A DNA stretch of 64,000 bases. It comes from Azolla caroliniana. Taxonomy: Eukaryota; Plantae; Polypodiophyta. This document shows positions 12,830-24,600 of this stretch, piece after piece. Below the pieces are notes generated by a model. That model saw only the letters and a list, made by a program, of their open reading frames with translations, was not told where the DNA came from and ran no database searches. The translations under genes were made by a program, and so were the position numbers. Each line of letters starts with the position of its first letter. Positions within the stretch are counted from its first letter, which is position 1. The stretch is taken from the NCBI GenBank assembly GCA_043228905.1, contig JBHGNT010000002.1, positions 23,870,001-23,934,000 of the forward strand, in the 5' to 3' direction.

Positions 12830-14114
12830 AGTTGGCACACAGGTGCCACTCACTTCTAGGTCCCGAAACAAAGCCAACTCCCCAACTGTGACCATATGAC
12901 GCCTGCACGGGACACCCGACTACCACGCAGATCGACCAAATACCCCGCTCAGGTTAAGACCATAGACCTCGTCTGGACTCAGCGATTGGGACGTTGGAGT
13001 ACACATAGAACTACCTCACAGGTCTGGGTGCGTAAAGGCATTCAAAAGCCTTCCATCAACACTCAACCTACACACTCTAGCGCCCCTAACTTGCCCAAAC
13101 TCTCACAAAACCCTTGGTGGATCCCCGTCCAACCTTACCATCCCCACACCAATCTTAGTCCACCCCACACGCTTGTAAAATTGCCTCCTACCTTATGCCA
13201 TCCCGATCATCAACCACTTGACTCGTCTTCTCACTCAGCCTCTGTTACCGTGCCTGGTAGACAATAAAACCCCTTCGGTCTACGTATTAGTACTTCCGAT
13301 CTTCGCGTTACCCTTTATTTTTTAGAGGCACCATGGGCAATCATTTTTCCTCGTGGTCGCTCTATTTTTGGTTCAGCTCGTATTATGTCACACGGGAGTC
13401 ACGGTTCTCTCTCTTGTTTCTTTTGTTTTTGGTTTTGATCGTTATTATTTTATTTTATTTTGGTAGACTCAGTTGTCTTTTGCTTTTCTTTGTTTTAATT
13501 CTTTTGTTTTGTTTTTATTTTATTTCTATTTTTATTTATTTATTTTTTGATTGGTTGTTTTTTGTGCTTTTTCTTTCATTTTGTTTTGTTGTTTTCTTCT
13601 CCCCACCTCTATCTCCCTCACAACCCTTTCTTTTCTCCCTCCTTTCCCCTCACGCTTCCTGCCTTCGTTTAGGACCATTCGCTCTCCTCCTCGCCCTCTC
13701 CAGCTCGCTTCTAGCCATGGCTCACGAATATTTCTCCCCCCTCTGTGTTACACCCAACCCCTCTCGTTTTTCTCTCTCCCTCGTTTTCTCCTTCATCACT
13801 CTCCTTCCTGCCTCCCGAGCATCGTTGCGCACCACCACCTCTCCTTGTCGCACAATTCCTCAGGTAGGTCTAAAATTTGTTTTTTTCTCTCCACTCTCTC
13901 CACCCTCTCACTCGACCCCTCCCAATGCAGCCTGTTGCTTACAAATTTACCCACCTCCTCTGGCGGCCATGACAACTCGAACATCTTTCGGTTGTCCTCT
14001 CGCTGCATACGGTTCCCTAGGACTACTCCACTCACAAGCTCGTTGCCCCCACAATCCCCTCGTCGAACATCCCCCGGTTCAACGAGCGAACCGTTTCACT
14101 CCTAGTTCACGCAC

Positions 14115-14405
14115 AGGTTCGAAGAGAGACGCTCTTCAAACCACGCATCCCCAGTTCAAAGAGTACGATTCTTCGAACCGCGCGCCCCTGGTTCGAAGAG
14201 GAAGGATCTTCGAACCGCAGGCGCTCTTCGAACCGCGCACAAGTTCGAAGAGAGGCGCTCTTTGAACCATGCACCCACAGGTTCGAAACCATGCACCCTC
14301 GATTCGAAGACAAAGACTATTCGAACACGTCACCCCTGGTTCGAAGAGCGAGGCTCCTCGAACCCCCCACTCCTGGTTCTTCAAAGAGCTAGACACTCTT
14401 CGAAC
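14115..14405. repeat. Degenerate TTCGAA-rich short tandem array
   Basis: Many ttcgaa palindromes at ~15-25 bp spacing (ggttcgaagag, cttcgaacc). Confidence 0.7.
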
Positions 14406-15149
14406 CACACGCCAAAAATTAAAATCTAAAAAACAAAAACAAAAATAAAAGAAAAATAAAAAAAATACAATAAAATAATATCTAAATAACGCTAAAATAA
14501 AATAAAATTAAAAAAAAAGGAAAAAAAAGAAAAAAAGAAAAAATATATATAACATAAAATAATATATATATATATATATATAATAAAATAACATATAAAT
14601 AAATAAATATATAGAGAACTAGATAACTAAGCCTATATCAATAGATTAATAAAAGATCGTTAGCAGTACCACGACGTCAACACAAGTAAGGGGTTGTAAG
14701 AGTTGGCACACTCCCATACACCTTGTACTAAACTTTTTCCTCACAGGCCATAACCGATGGCGTCCACCCCATTGACCAAGCTCCTCCACGCGTACTACCC
14801 CGACGTTATCGTGTGGTTTTTCACACACGATATGAAACTTAGTAAAACAATTATTTAAGATTAGCTTAATGTATTCATATAGAAAAATATCGTGTGTTTT
14901 TTCACACACGATATGAAAACTAGTAAAAAAATTATTTAAGATTAGCTTAATGTATTTATATAGATAGATATCTTCAAGAGCTTCATAGCGTATTTTACTA
15001 CGCATGAAACGGATAAACAAGTATCAAGTTATGTGAGTGTAAAGTTTGAAGAAGAAGAAAGAAAAGACAAAACTGTGGAGCACAGAATGTTCAAGGTGAC
15101 TTGGGCTACACTGTGTGCTGTGCACACTTCGGGCATAGACGCGTATGCA

Positions 15150-16115
15150 CGGCTATGTTAACGCTTTGGACGTACGCGCGTGTGCATAGCCGCATGGACA
15201 TTTTCAGATGTACGCGCGCATGGACGTCTTCGAATGTACGCGCGTGTGCAAGTTTCGGGCATACGTGTGGACGTTTCGAATGGACGCGTGTGTGCAGACG
15301 AGGGCGCGGATGCCTACACGGAGCGGTCAGGACTTGTGCATGCATGGATGTGTACACTACGGCACGATCGGGATTTGCATGGCCGCGTGGACGTTTTCGG
15401 ACGTACGCACGCATGGACGTCTTCGGATGTACGCGTGTGTGCAAGTTTCGGGCGTACGTGTGGACGTTTCGAACGGAGGCGTGTGTGCGGACGAGCACGC
15501 GGATGCGTACATTGCGGGGTCGGGACGTGCGCATGCGTGGATGTGTACACTACGCGGTCGGGACTTTTGCGCGCGGACGCGTCTACGGTTTGGTTGTGAC
15601 GCACGTACGGATTGCGCACGGGCTAAACTTTATGGATGATTGGGTCATTTGGCCAAATTATACGGACCGTTGCGTGCAACTAAGACCCGTGTGGACGTTT
15701 TCGGACCTACGTGCGCATGGACGTCTTCGGATGTACGCACGTGTGCAAGTTTCGGGCGTACGCGTGCATGTTTCGAACGAACGCGTGTGTGCGGACGAGC
15801 GCGTGGATGCGTACATGGCGCGGTCGGGACGTGCGCATGTGTGGGTGCGTACACTGCGGCGCGGTCGGGACTTTTGCGTGCAGATGCGTACACGGCACGG
15901 TCGGGACTTTTGCGCGCGGACGTGTCTACGATTTGGTTGCGACGCACGTACGGATTGCACATAGGCTAAACTTTATGGATGATTGAGTCATTTGGCCAAA
16001 TTATACGGATGATCGCATGCAACTAAAAGCCAAGGCCATGCAACTAAAAGTAAAAGGCATGGAACTAAAAATGGAAGTATGCAACTAAAAATAGAGGCCA
16101 TGCAACTAAAAGTGG
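15150..16115 (+). repeat. CpG-rich satellite-like array (3 diverged 200-320 bp units) followed by ~20-bp atgcaactaaaa repeats
   Basis: Units start gtggacgttttcggac at ~15190, 15387 and 15690. ggctaaactttatggatgattg occurs twice. tgcaactaaaa occurs ~5 times at 16016-16110. Confidence 0.85.
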
Positions 16116-16458
16116 ACATGCAAAGTAACATTGGAAAGGAGAATCAACAAAGAGCGGAATATATGTTCCATTTTTTTCCCTCTACTTTTGTTTTCCTCTT
16201 CCTTCTTCTTCTTCTCTCCCATTTCCTTGGGGAAAATTATCTCTCAAATTGATATCAAACTCTTGGCTTGGCTTGCTCAAGCTTACTTGTCAAAAATTAT
16301 CTCTCATATTCATATTGGACCACTCCTTACATGGCTGTTGGCTCCTTTCTTTAAGATTTTTTATCTCTCATTTTCATCTCCAAAGATTCTTGAATTATAA
16401 AAGAATCTATTTTCTTATCCAATAAACTAACATTTTCTCTCATCTACTTGTCTTATAT

Positions 16459-17142
16459 GTGAATTTCTTGTGTTGTACGTGTTGCACTAAATCGTTCCAA
16501 TTCAGAACCCCGGCGGTTCCGCCTCACGATCCGCACATAGTGATAGATTTTCGCGACAATGCTAGTTGTGGCTCCTTGGTCATTCAAGCCGAGTTCAACA
16601 ACACCCATTATACCTACTGGGTAACCACGGCCACCACACAACTCAAGTACCTCGAGCCTGATGTTTTTGACACCCTTTCACATCTAGGCCTCAAGTTATT
16701 CCTCGAGGTTGGGCCTTGGGGGTACTTCTCGAGCTCGTCGATTGGTTCCTCACAGGATACAATCTCGAGACCAGTCATGTTCGCATACACACGTTTATGG
16801 ATTCTCCCCTTGTCAAGTTCCAATTCAACGTCTCCGATGTTTGCACTATGCTACATTTTCCGGTGGATGGAATTCCCTTTCGTAGCACGAGGTCCCCCGG
16901 CGTCGCCCGACCATCATCCGCACCGTCTACATCGAGTATTCCGGATGTGAGGGTTGGTATTTGATTTAAATAAAGGCCCCACTTGTCATCAACTGGTCGG
17001 CCTCTGGACTCATGTCAATGTGCTCCCCGTCATCTACAAACAGGATTTCGAAACCATGATCGATACACGCTCCTTTCCCGCTTACATTAGTTTTGATCGG
17101 AACCCTCCTTCTCCCTTCGCTAGCTACAACATCTCCACCTAG
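16459..17142 (+). pseudogene. Extra 3' ORF of Gypsy C, unknown function
   Basis: ORFs 16459-16950 and 16954-17142 are in the same frame, separated by one TGA, just upstream of the PPT and 3' LTR. Confidence 0.45.
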
Positions 17143-19797
17143 ATAGCTGGCCCTAAGCAGAACTTCTTCACAACGTCCGATCAAATGCAAGAAATCCGCT
17201 TACCACCCCTCAACATCCGACGTCTTTGCCACCATCTTCACCACCGATCACCCCCCGATGAACCCCCCTAATCCATCCTTCTCGCCCCCGACGCTCCAAG
17301 CTCCCCTCCCATGGTGCACCCGGGAGTGTGCACTCATTAGGTTGGGGAGGATGTTAACCAGTTGGATTGCACCACAACCAGTCATGAATAAGAGTGCATC
17401 AACAAGGATGTAGTATGTCTTGAAGGACCTACGAAGAGGAAAAGAGGCTAAGGGATGCCCAAGTGTAAAAGGTCCATACCCTAAATGTAAATGCTATATA
17501 AACCACATTGTGGTGTCTTTGTAAGTGTTCTTCCATTTGTAAAGATCTCCCTATTGATTAAGAGCTAGAGCTTCCTCTCCTCCTCCTTGTAACCATTAAG
17601 CTTAAGAGAGATTAGTGAAGTGTTTAGTTAGAGAACACTTATCTCTCTTCCTTGTTGGTGCTAGACGTCTTAGCAAAGAGGGTTAGTAACATATTCATTA
17701 CTCTTATTGTCTATATTCATTACCCTATTGTCTATGAGAGGGAGCTTGAGAGAGTGAGAGAGATATCGTGCTTAATCATCTATTAATTGTTAAGTGAGTG
17801 TGAGGCTCGAAGGTGTCCGACCACCGTCTTCACCCGATTCGCCATCAAAAGGGTATATGCCGGTCCGAACTCCACAAACAACATCGAGGAGTTAACTCCA
17901 TCAATACATAGATCCTACAGCCCCCCCTACAAGAACAGAGCCTCGACGTAGTCAAGAGATAATGAAATGAGGGCTAATGGGTTGTCTCAATCCCGAGGAT
18001 TAAAAGTAATCCTTCCCTTGTTTACACTCTCGTTTAACCCTCACACTTATCGATGTGTATAGAATACTACGGTAAATTCTCACCACGGGATATTAGATGG
18101 TCATGCCCGTAACAAAAGGGGTCCACAAACCCCAAGAAACAGATCACTATGTAAAGAGAGAAATACAATGAGATTCGTAGGCACCGACCTCGAGCTCGTT
18201 CTCGTCTAACAAATGGAGGCTAAGTTACAACCACACTCGCTCTCTCTCTTACTCTTGTAGTTACAGAGGCAAACTACCTTGTGTGTAACTATACAACTAT
18301 ATTGATTCTTCACACTAACTTTCGTCAACTTGTTCGATCCATTCTTGACCGTGTGAATCTTCATTAGAGTGAACTCCTTCTCTTCTACTTGCTCTCGGAG
18401 GCAATGATATCTCCTCTTTATGTGCTTGGTCCTCGAGTGGTAGGCGGCATTTTTTGCAAGGTGGATGACACTCTAGTTATCGCAATGGAGTCGGAATTCC
18501 TCTTGTTGAATTCCCAACCCACAAATAAATTCCTTCATCCATATGATTTCCTTGCCGTCATCCACTACGGCCATATACTCGGCTTCTGTGGTTGATGGCG
18601 CCACGGCCTCTTGTAGCCTTGATTGCCACGAAACGGCTCCCCCTACATAAGTTATCATGTACTCGGGCGTGGATCGGCTGGTATCCGCATCAACCGACAT
18701 GTCTAAGTCCATGTAACCTTCCAATGTGGAGTTACACAAGCTGAATCGAAGATACACATTCAAGGTGCCTCTCAAGTACTAAAATATCCACTTCATATTA
18801 GCCCAATGGTCTCTATGGGGATTGCTCATATATCGGTTGACCACTTCGACTGAGTATCCAATGTTCGGTTTTGTACACACCATTGTGTACATCAGGCTTC
18901 TGACTACCGAGGCATAATGGAGTTTTGACATCTTGGCCTTCTCGGTTTTAGATTTCAGACTCTGGCTTCCAGACAGTTTACGATTTGTCCGTAGTGTTGA
19001 GTCGACCAGTTTCACGCTTTCCATGTTGAATCTCTAGAGCACTTTCATGACGTTGTCGTAGTATGTTTTGTATAGTACGTACAATATGTGTAGAGTACCC
19101 GATTGACTAAGTATAAAGAAATAGGAGAGAATACTAAAATACTTATGTTTCATACATAGGGCAAGATTTGAACCTTGTACCTCCGTGTTAACAATTTCAA
19201 GCCTTACCATTGTACTAGCCCATTATATGCATTAAAGTTATAAATTCTATTTATACAAAAGTTCATCCCATGTGATAATCATGAAAGACAAAGTTATTCA
19301 TGTACATCTAGTGTGCATGAAAACTCGAGTTAAAAGAGAACGTTATTCATGTACATCTAGTGTGCATGAACACTTGAGTTAAAAAGAAAAAGTATGATAG
19401 AAAAAGTTAACACTTCTACTGTGCATGAACACTCGAGTTAGAGGAAAAACATCATGGTTGCATGTAGTAAGATATATTTAGTCTCCCCCATCGCTATATA
19501 AGGATGGGGAAGCAAATTGTAAGTGGTTGTTGATTTTTTTCATAAGGGTTGATTAATATATTATTCTCATGGGATTCAGAAGTTTTCTATGTATTTCTCT
19601 TTTCAATCTAAATTCATATTCTTTCCTAAGTATTGATTAATACACTATACTCGTGGGATTCACGAGTTTCCTACCTTTCTTTCTTGCAATCTATTCATAA
19701 TGAGACTTATCTCAAATTCTTCCTCCTCCTAGTCCAAAACCCCAACAGTTCCCAACTGACTCACACAACGATCCGACACCGAAAGGCACGACACATT

Positions 19798-19815
19798 TGG
19801 TGAACCCGACGTGAA
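19798..19815 (+). other. Primer binding site complementary to the tRNA-Trp 3' end
   Basis: TGGTGAACCCGACGTGAA is the reverse complement of the plant tRNA-Trp 3' end (...TTCACGTCGGGTTCACCA, recalled). Confidence 0.8.
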
Positions 19816-21676
19816 AACGGGTGGCAAGGAGATGGAGAATCAACAAGAGGCTAACAACTTCGAGCAGATGCTACAAGAACAACGTGCAATGTTGGAGATT
19901 GCGGTGGTGGTGGAGCGGCTCGTACAATGGAACGGGCAATTCAATATGAAGGATATGTCATGTTATTTGCGGGACTACAAGCGGAGATGCTAAGGTGCAA
20001 AATATCGGATGGATTGCAAGTGACATCCTTCAGTCAGGTGGCTATTGATGGGCTTCAAGGGAGTATCCACGAGATATGACAACAAAATCTGACGTGGGCA
20101 GCGTTTGAAGAAGCGTTGAAGACCACGTTCGCTATCGAGGACTCCTCCAAGGCAACACAGAGAGGATTCAAAGATTGGGTGGAAACATCAGACAAGGGGC
20201 TAAAGGTCCTCGATGTGTTTTCGGTATTCGAAAGTCGATTCGGGACGCTGTCCACAAGAGATCATGTTCTTACGAGTTGTGGACGTCCGGGAACAGAAAG
20301 ACCTTGGAGCGCTTCTATAGGATACGACTAGTGAGAGTGGCCTCACCAATACATGGGAAAATGTGTGGGACATCGTCGTACAATACACAAAGAGGGGGCA
20401 ATGGCTTGGTAATGAAGAAAAGAGGGTTTTGGAACCAATTCCGAGACCAAGATCCGGATTGGAAGACCATCAACCATGGGCTCGGGAGACTACGACGGAG
20501 AAGGTAATTCATGGAACCACGGTGGAGCAGTTGCTGAAGGAGATGGAGAATCTGAAAATTGCGATGGTGAAGAAGTCGGAACACCGTCCCACAAGTTCTA
20601 AGTATATGGACCTTCAATGCATACGGTGTGATAGCACCGAACATGATTGGAAGGATTGCGATGAGCACAAAGAGGCTCTACGACGAGATCTCATCTACTA
20701 GGAGGAAAATCGGATCCATTCGATGGATTCTCGGAAGCCACTTCGACTGAACTTCCAAAAAGGAGGCATGAAGAAAATCCTAAAGGTGGAGATTACGGCA
20801 AAAAAGCAATTATGAGACAACCGCTGGAATACGTGTGGGAGAGACATCTAGAGCGAAGTCGTCTTTCTGGCCAAAAGTGCTAGAAATCTCTGAGAAAAAC
20901 GATTCTGATAAAATCCGGAGCACCACGGAAGGCATCCGAGAAGCTACGGGATGGGAGTGCCCCGTAGATAAGAATAGCGTATACGTCCTATGCCAATAAC
21001 ATGAGGTGTATTTAGATGAGAAATGACAGCGTACGGATAATGCGACCGGACCATCGAAGACACCGGAGAGCTAGGATTTCGAAGGGAATCCTTGATAGTC
21101 GGGTGGAACTTTCTCTCAGAGAATTGCTCGGAATAGCAAAGAAAGAGTTCCAGGATCTCCTCGTGGATCTCGTGAAAAGAAAGAGGCAAGCTACGAAGGA
21201 ATCAAATGCTCCAAGGGTGAATGCGAATACCGTAATGAATGACATGAAAGTGGAGGATGAGATTCCAAACTCTCACAACACCGGCTCATTTGAAACCGGT
21301 AATATGTCGCATTTTAAGAATAGTACGTCGAAAAAGGGCACAAAACCACGAAGTTTACAAAAAGACGTCACACATGCATACAGCTTCTCAAAAAATGTGG
21401 CAAAATATATTGAATTTCAACATGACTACCACTTTTAGACATAAATAAAATGCCTAACAATATACATCGCCAAATTACAAAAGAATGTACAACATGAATA
21501 CCAGCTATAATTATACATATTCGTGATTTAACATCTAAAAGTAATTTACAAAGTTTGAGATCATGTAGTAAAACAATCCCGAGCTTGAACCAAGTCAACA
21601 TTTTAAGACATGTCCGATGGACTGGAAGAGCATTCTGACGTCTCATCCTCATCATTAGTCGTAATCAATGCATTAT

Positions 21677-24600
21677 TCAAAAGAATAGCGTGCGGAAGCA
21701 ACAAGAAACCGAACAAAGAAAATACGTAGGTTTAATGGAGAGACAGAGACAGAGAACACACAGAAAAACTCGGATTCAAAAAAATACTCAATCTGTACAT
21801 AGGATGTGCTTAATGAGCACTTTTATACAAGTCTATACAGACTGACAGAAGTACTAACACGTACTTCAATGCTCATAAGTGAGCTCTACACTAACTCCCA
21901 AAAATTATTCCTTACGAGGAATATCATACTAACGGCCTTCCGGTTTACGCACCGATACGGCCATGTTATGCATACTAATTTATGCACCCAGTCTACGCAC
22001 TAGGTTATGCATTGTATTATGCACGAATGTTGAGCTTGTCTCTCAACACTTCCCCTCAAGCTCAACTTGAGGTTCCACCTGCTCCGCCGGATCTACGCTC
22101 CGGTACCTTCTGGTTTCACGCCTCGACTCGTTCGATTCCGCGCGCCTCAACCCTTCCGGTCGGCTTGTCTGCTTACACGGCCCTTCTCAACTTCCTTGTT
22201 GTTGCAGTGTTGGCGCCTCTTCTACTGCATTCTCTTCCACTTGGCCCTTGGTTGATTCAGCATATCCGAATCAAACATCTGAACTGACTCGGCTTCCTCC
22301 GATCGGTTTTCGCTCTCGTCCGAGTTGCCTGTCTCCAACTCGTCTTCGATCTTCTCGCCCTTGGTTGGCTTTGGCCCTTTCTTTTGACTGCTCCCCTTAT
22401 GTCCGCTTTCGAAATCTTCTACGGGTCCGCCCTCGGCTTCTTCAGCCGATCCGAAATCGAGTTCGTCATTCGACTTGGTGTCATGGTCTTCGTCTTCCGG
22501 AACTTCTCTCCCTCTTCCGTGGTCATTTGGGACGTCGTGTTCGTCATTTAACTCGGCGTCGCGGTCTTCGTCTTCTGGAACTTCTCTCCCTCTTCCGTGG
22601 TCATTTGGGACGTCGAGTTCGTCATTTAACTCGGCGTCGCGGTCTTCATCTTCTGGAACTTCTCTCCCTCTTCCGTGGTCATTCGGGACGTCTCTCCCCC
22701 TCAAGTTCGGCACGCAACCCAAGCGCACTCGAGAATTGCCGCAACTTGTCTAGACCAAGAGGCTTGGTGAAGATGTCGGTGTTCTACCTATCCGTCGGAA
22801 CATACTGAAGTTCGACTTCACTGGAGCTGACGAAGTGGTAGTGCACCTCAATGTGCTTAGTCCGGGCGTGGAAGACGGGGTTCTTAGCTAGCTGGATGTT
22901 GTTGAGGTTGTCGCAGTAGATTGTCGTTGGATCGGATACCTCCACCTGCAGATCCTTAAGTAGCAGCTTCAACCATATGGCTTCGCATGTCGCGATAGCC
23001 GCTCCTCTATACTCGGCTTCGGTGCTCGACAGTGCAACCGTCGGCAACTTCTTGCTACTCCACGCAATCGCAGCACTCCCAAGAGAGAACGCGAAACCAG
23101 ACGTGGATCGGTGATCGCCGACGTTTCCGGCCCAATCAACATCGGTGTAACTGACAAACTCCGAGGCAGTATCGGTCTGATATAGTAGCCCCCGGTCCTT
23201 AGTGCCACTGACGTACCGGAGTACACGTTGTGCGCACTAAAGGTGCTCCTCGGTCGGTCACGCCATAAACTGACTAATCACCCCGACCGGGTAGCTGAGA
23301 TCTGGTCGGGTGATGGTCAAGTATATAAGGCTTCCGACCATTTGTCGGAACCTCGTTGGGTCGCATACCTTTCCGGACTTGGGGCGAAGCTTGACGGTTC
23401 TATCCAGAGGAGTTGACACGAACTTATAGTCAGCCATCCCGAACTTGAAGAGCATATTCAGCGCGTAATGACGCTGGTTGATCAATATCCCTTCAAGGGT
23501 ACAGATCACTTCGATCCCGAGGAAGTAATGAAGGTCCCCCAGATCCTTCATGTCGAATGATGCCGCAAGCTAGAGCTTCACGTGGTCTATCTCACCTAGG
23601 TCGGCGCCGGTGATGACTAGGTCATCAACATAAAGTAAAATACTAACCGGCCCAAGTTGACCTTTCCGGATGAACAGTGAGGAGTCAGATTTTGACGTCG
23701 CAAAGCCCATCCAACACAATTTTTGCGTGATCTTCGCGTTCCAGGCACACAGGGCTTGCTTTAGTCTGTAAAGCGACTTTTTCAATCGGCACACCGCCGA
23801 AGTGTTCATTCCGGAGTGAAATCCAGGTGGCTATACCATGTACACATGTTCCTCAAGCTCACCTTGCAGGAACTCATTCCTTACATCCATCTTATGTAAG
23901 TGCTACCCCTTTGCCGCAGCGACCACGAGCAAAACACAGACGGTCATCATCTTCGCCACCGGTGCAAACGTCTCATTGTAGTCGATGTTGTGTTTCTGCA
24001 CGTAGCGTTTCACTACTAACCGGGCCTTGTATCGGTGGACCGAGCCATTAGTGTTGTACTTGACCTTGTACACCCACCTACATCCGATCAGCTTCACACC
24101 CTTTGGTGCGTCAATCAAGTCCCAGGTTTCATTCTCCGCCAATGCGCACATCTCTTCCTCCATTGCGGCACACGCCAATTCGCGTCCTTCGCCGCTTCTG
24201 CTTAGCTCTCCGGCTCACGCACTTCCGCTACACGCGTCATGTACGCATAGTAATGCGCCATGTATTCATTGTAACCGAACCGCACAACAAGGTTCTTCTG
24301 GTGGGTAGATCGGCGTAATTGCTCATTAGCTGATGTTGAGGCTTTCATGGCCGACGTGGACTTTGCTCTCAAAGACCCGTCGTCACTTCCCTCGGAGTCA
24401 GACTCGCGTCGATCCGACTCATTCCTATCCGTGCCATAATCCGACACCTTCTTCTTCCCTTTTTCTTTGCGTGTAAGCCGTCTCCTCGGCTTCCTGCACG
24501 GGGAATGCATGGCCAAGTCTCCACTACTCGCTGGCTCTTCGTCGGACTGTTCGAACCGACTCAGTTGTCCATCTGGTCCGCTTAACCGAAACGAAATCGG

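Larger units (their letters stand above)
1956..17709 (+). mobile_element. Non-autonomous Ty3/Gypsy element C (gag, protease, integrase C-terminal remnant, second protease-like domain, 3' ORF; no RT/RNaseH)
   Basis: Direct repeats 1956-2326 and 17352-17709, both starting tgttaa. PPT gttggggagga precedes 17352. Gag fragments ~3640-3850, CFNCQGPHMVSQC knuckle ~10150, IIDIGAG protease ~11200. No matching TSD found; the 3' LTR may extend to ~18113. Confidence 0.75.

Noticed and set aside
13333-14265. 310-aa ORF with a hydrophobic N-terminus (env or membrane protein?)
   Set aside because: The F/L-richness comes from a T-rich low-complexity tract with few possible stops; no recognisable domain.
15101-15986. 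Many overlapping ORFs on both strands
   Set aside because: Artefact of a stop-poor CG/TG satellite.
1951-18118. A TSD proving that the two C LTRs belong to one insertion
   Set aside because: The left flank cccca has no match at either candidate right end (17709 or 18113), so the boundaries remain uncertain.
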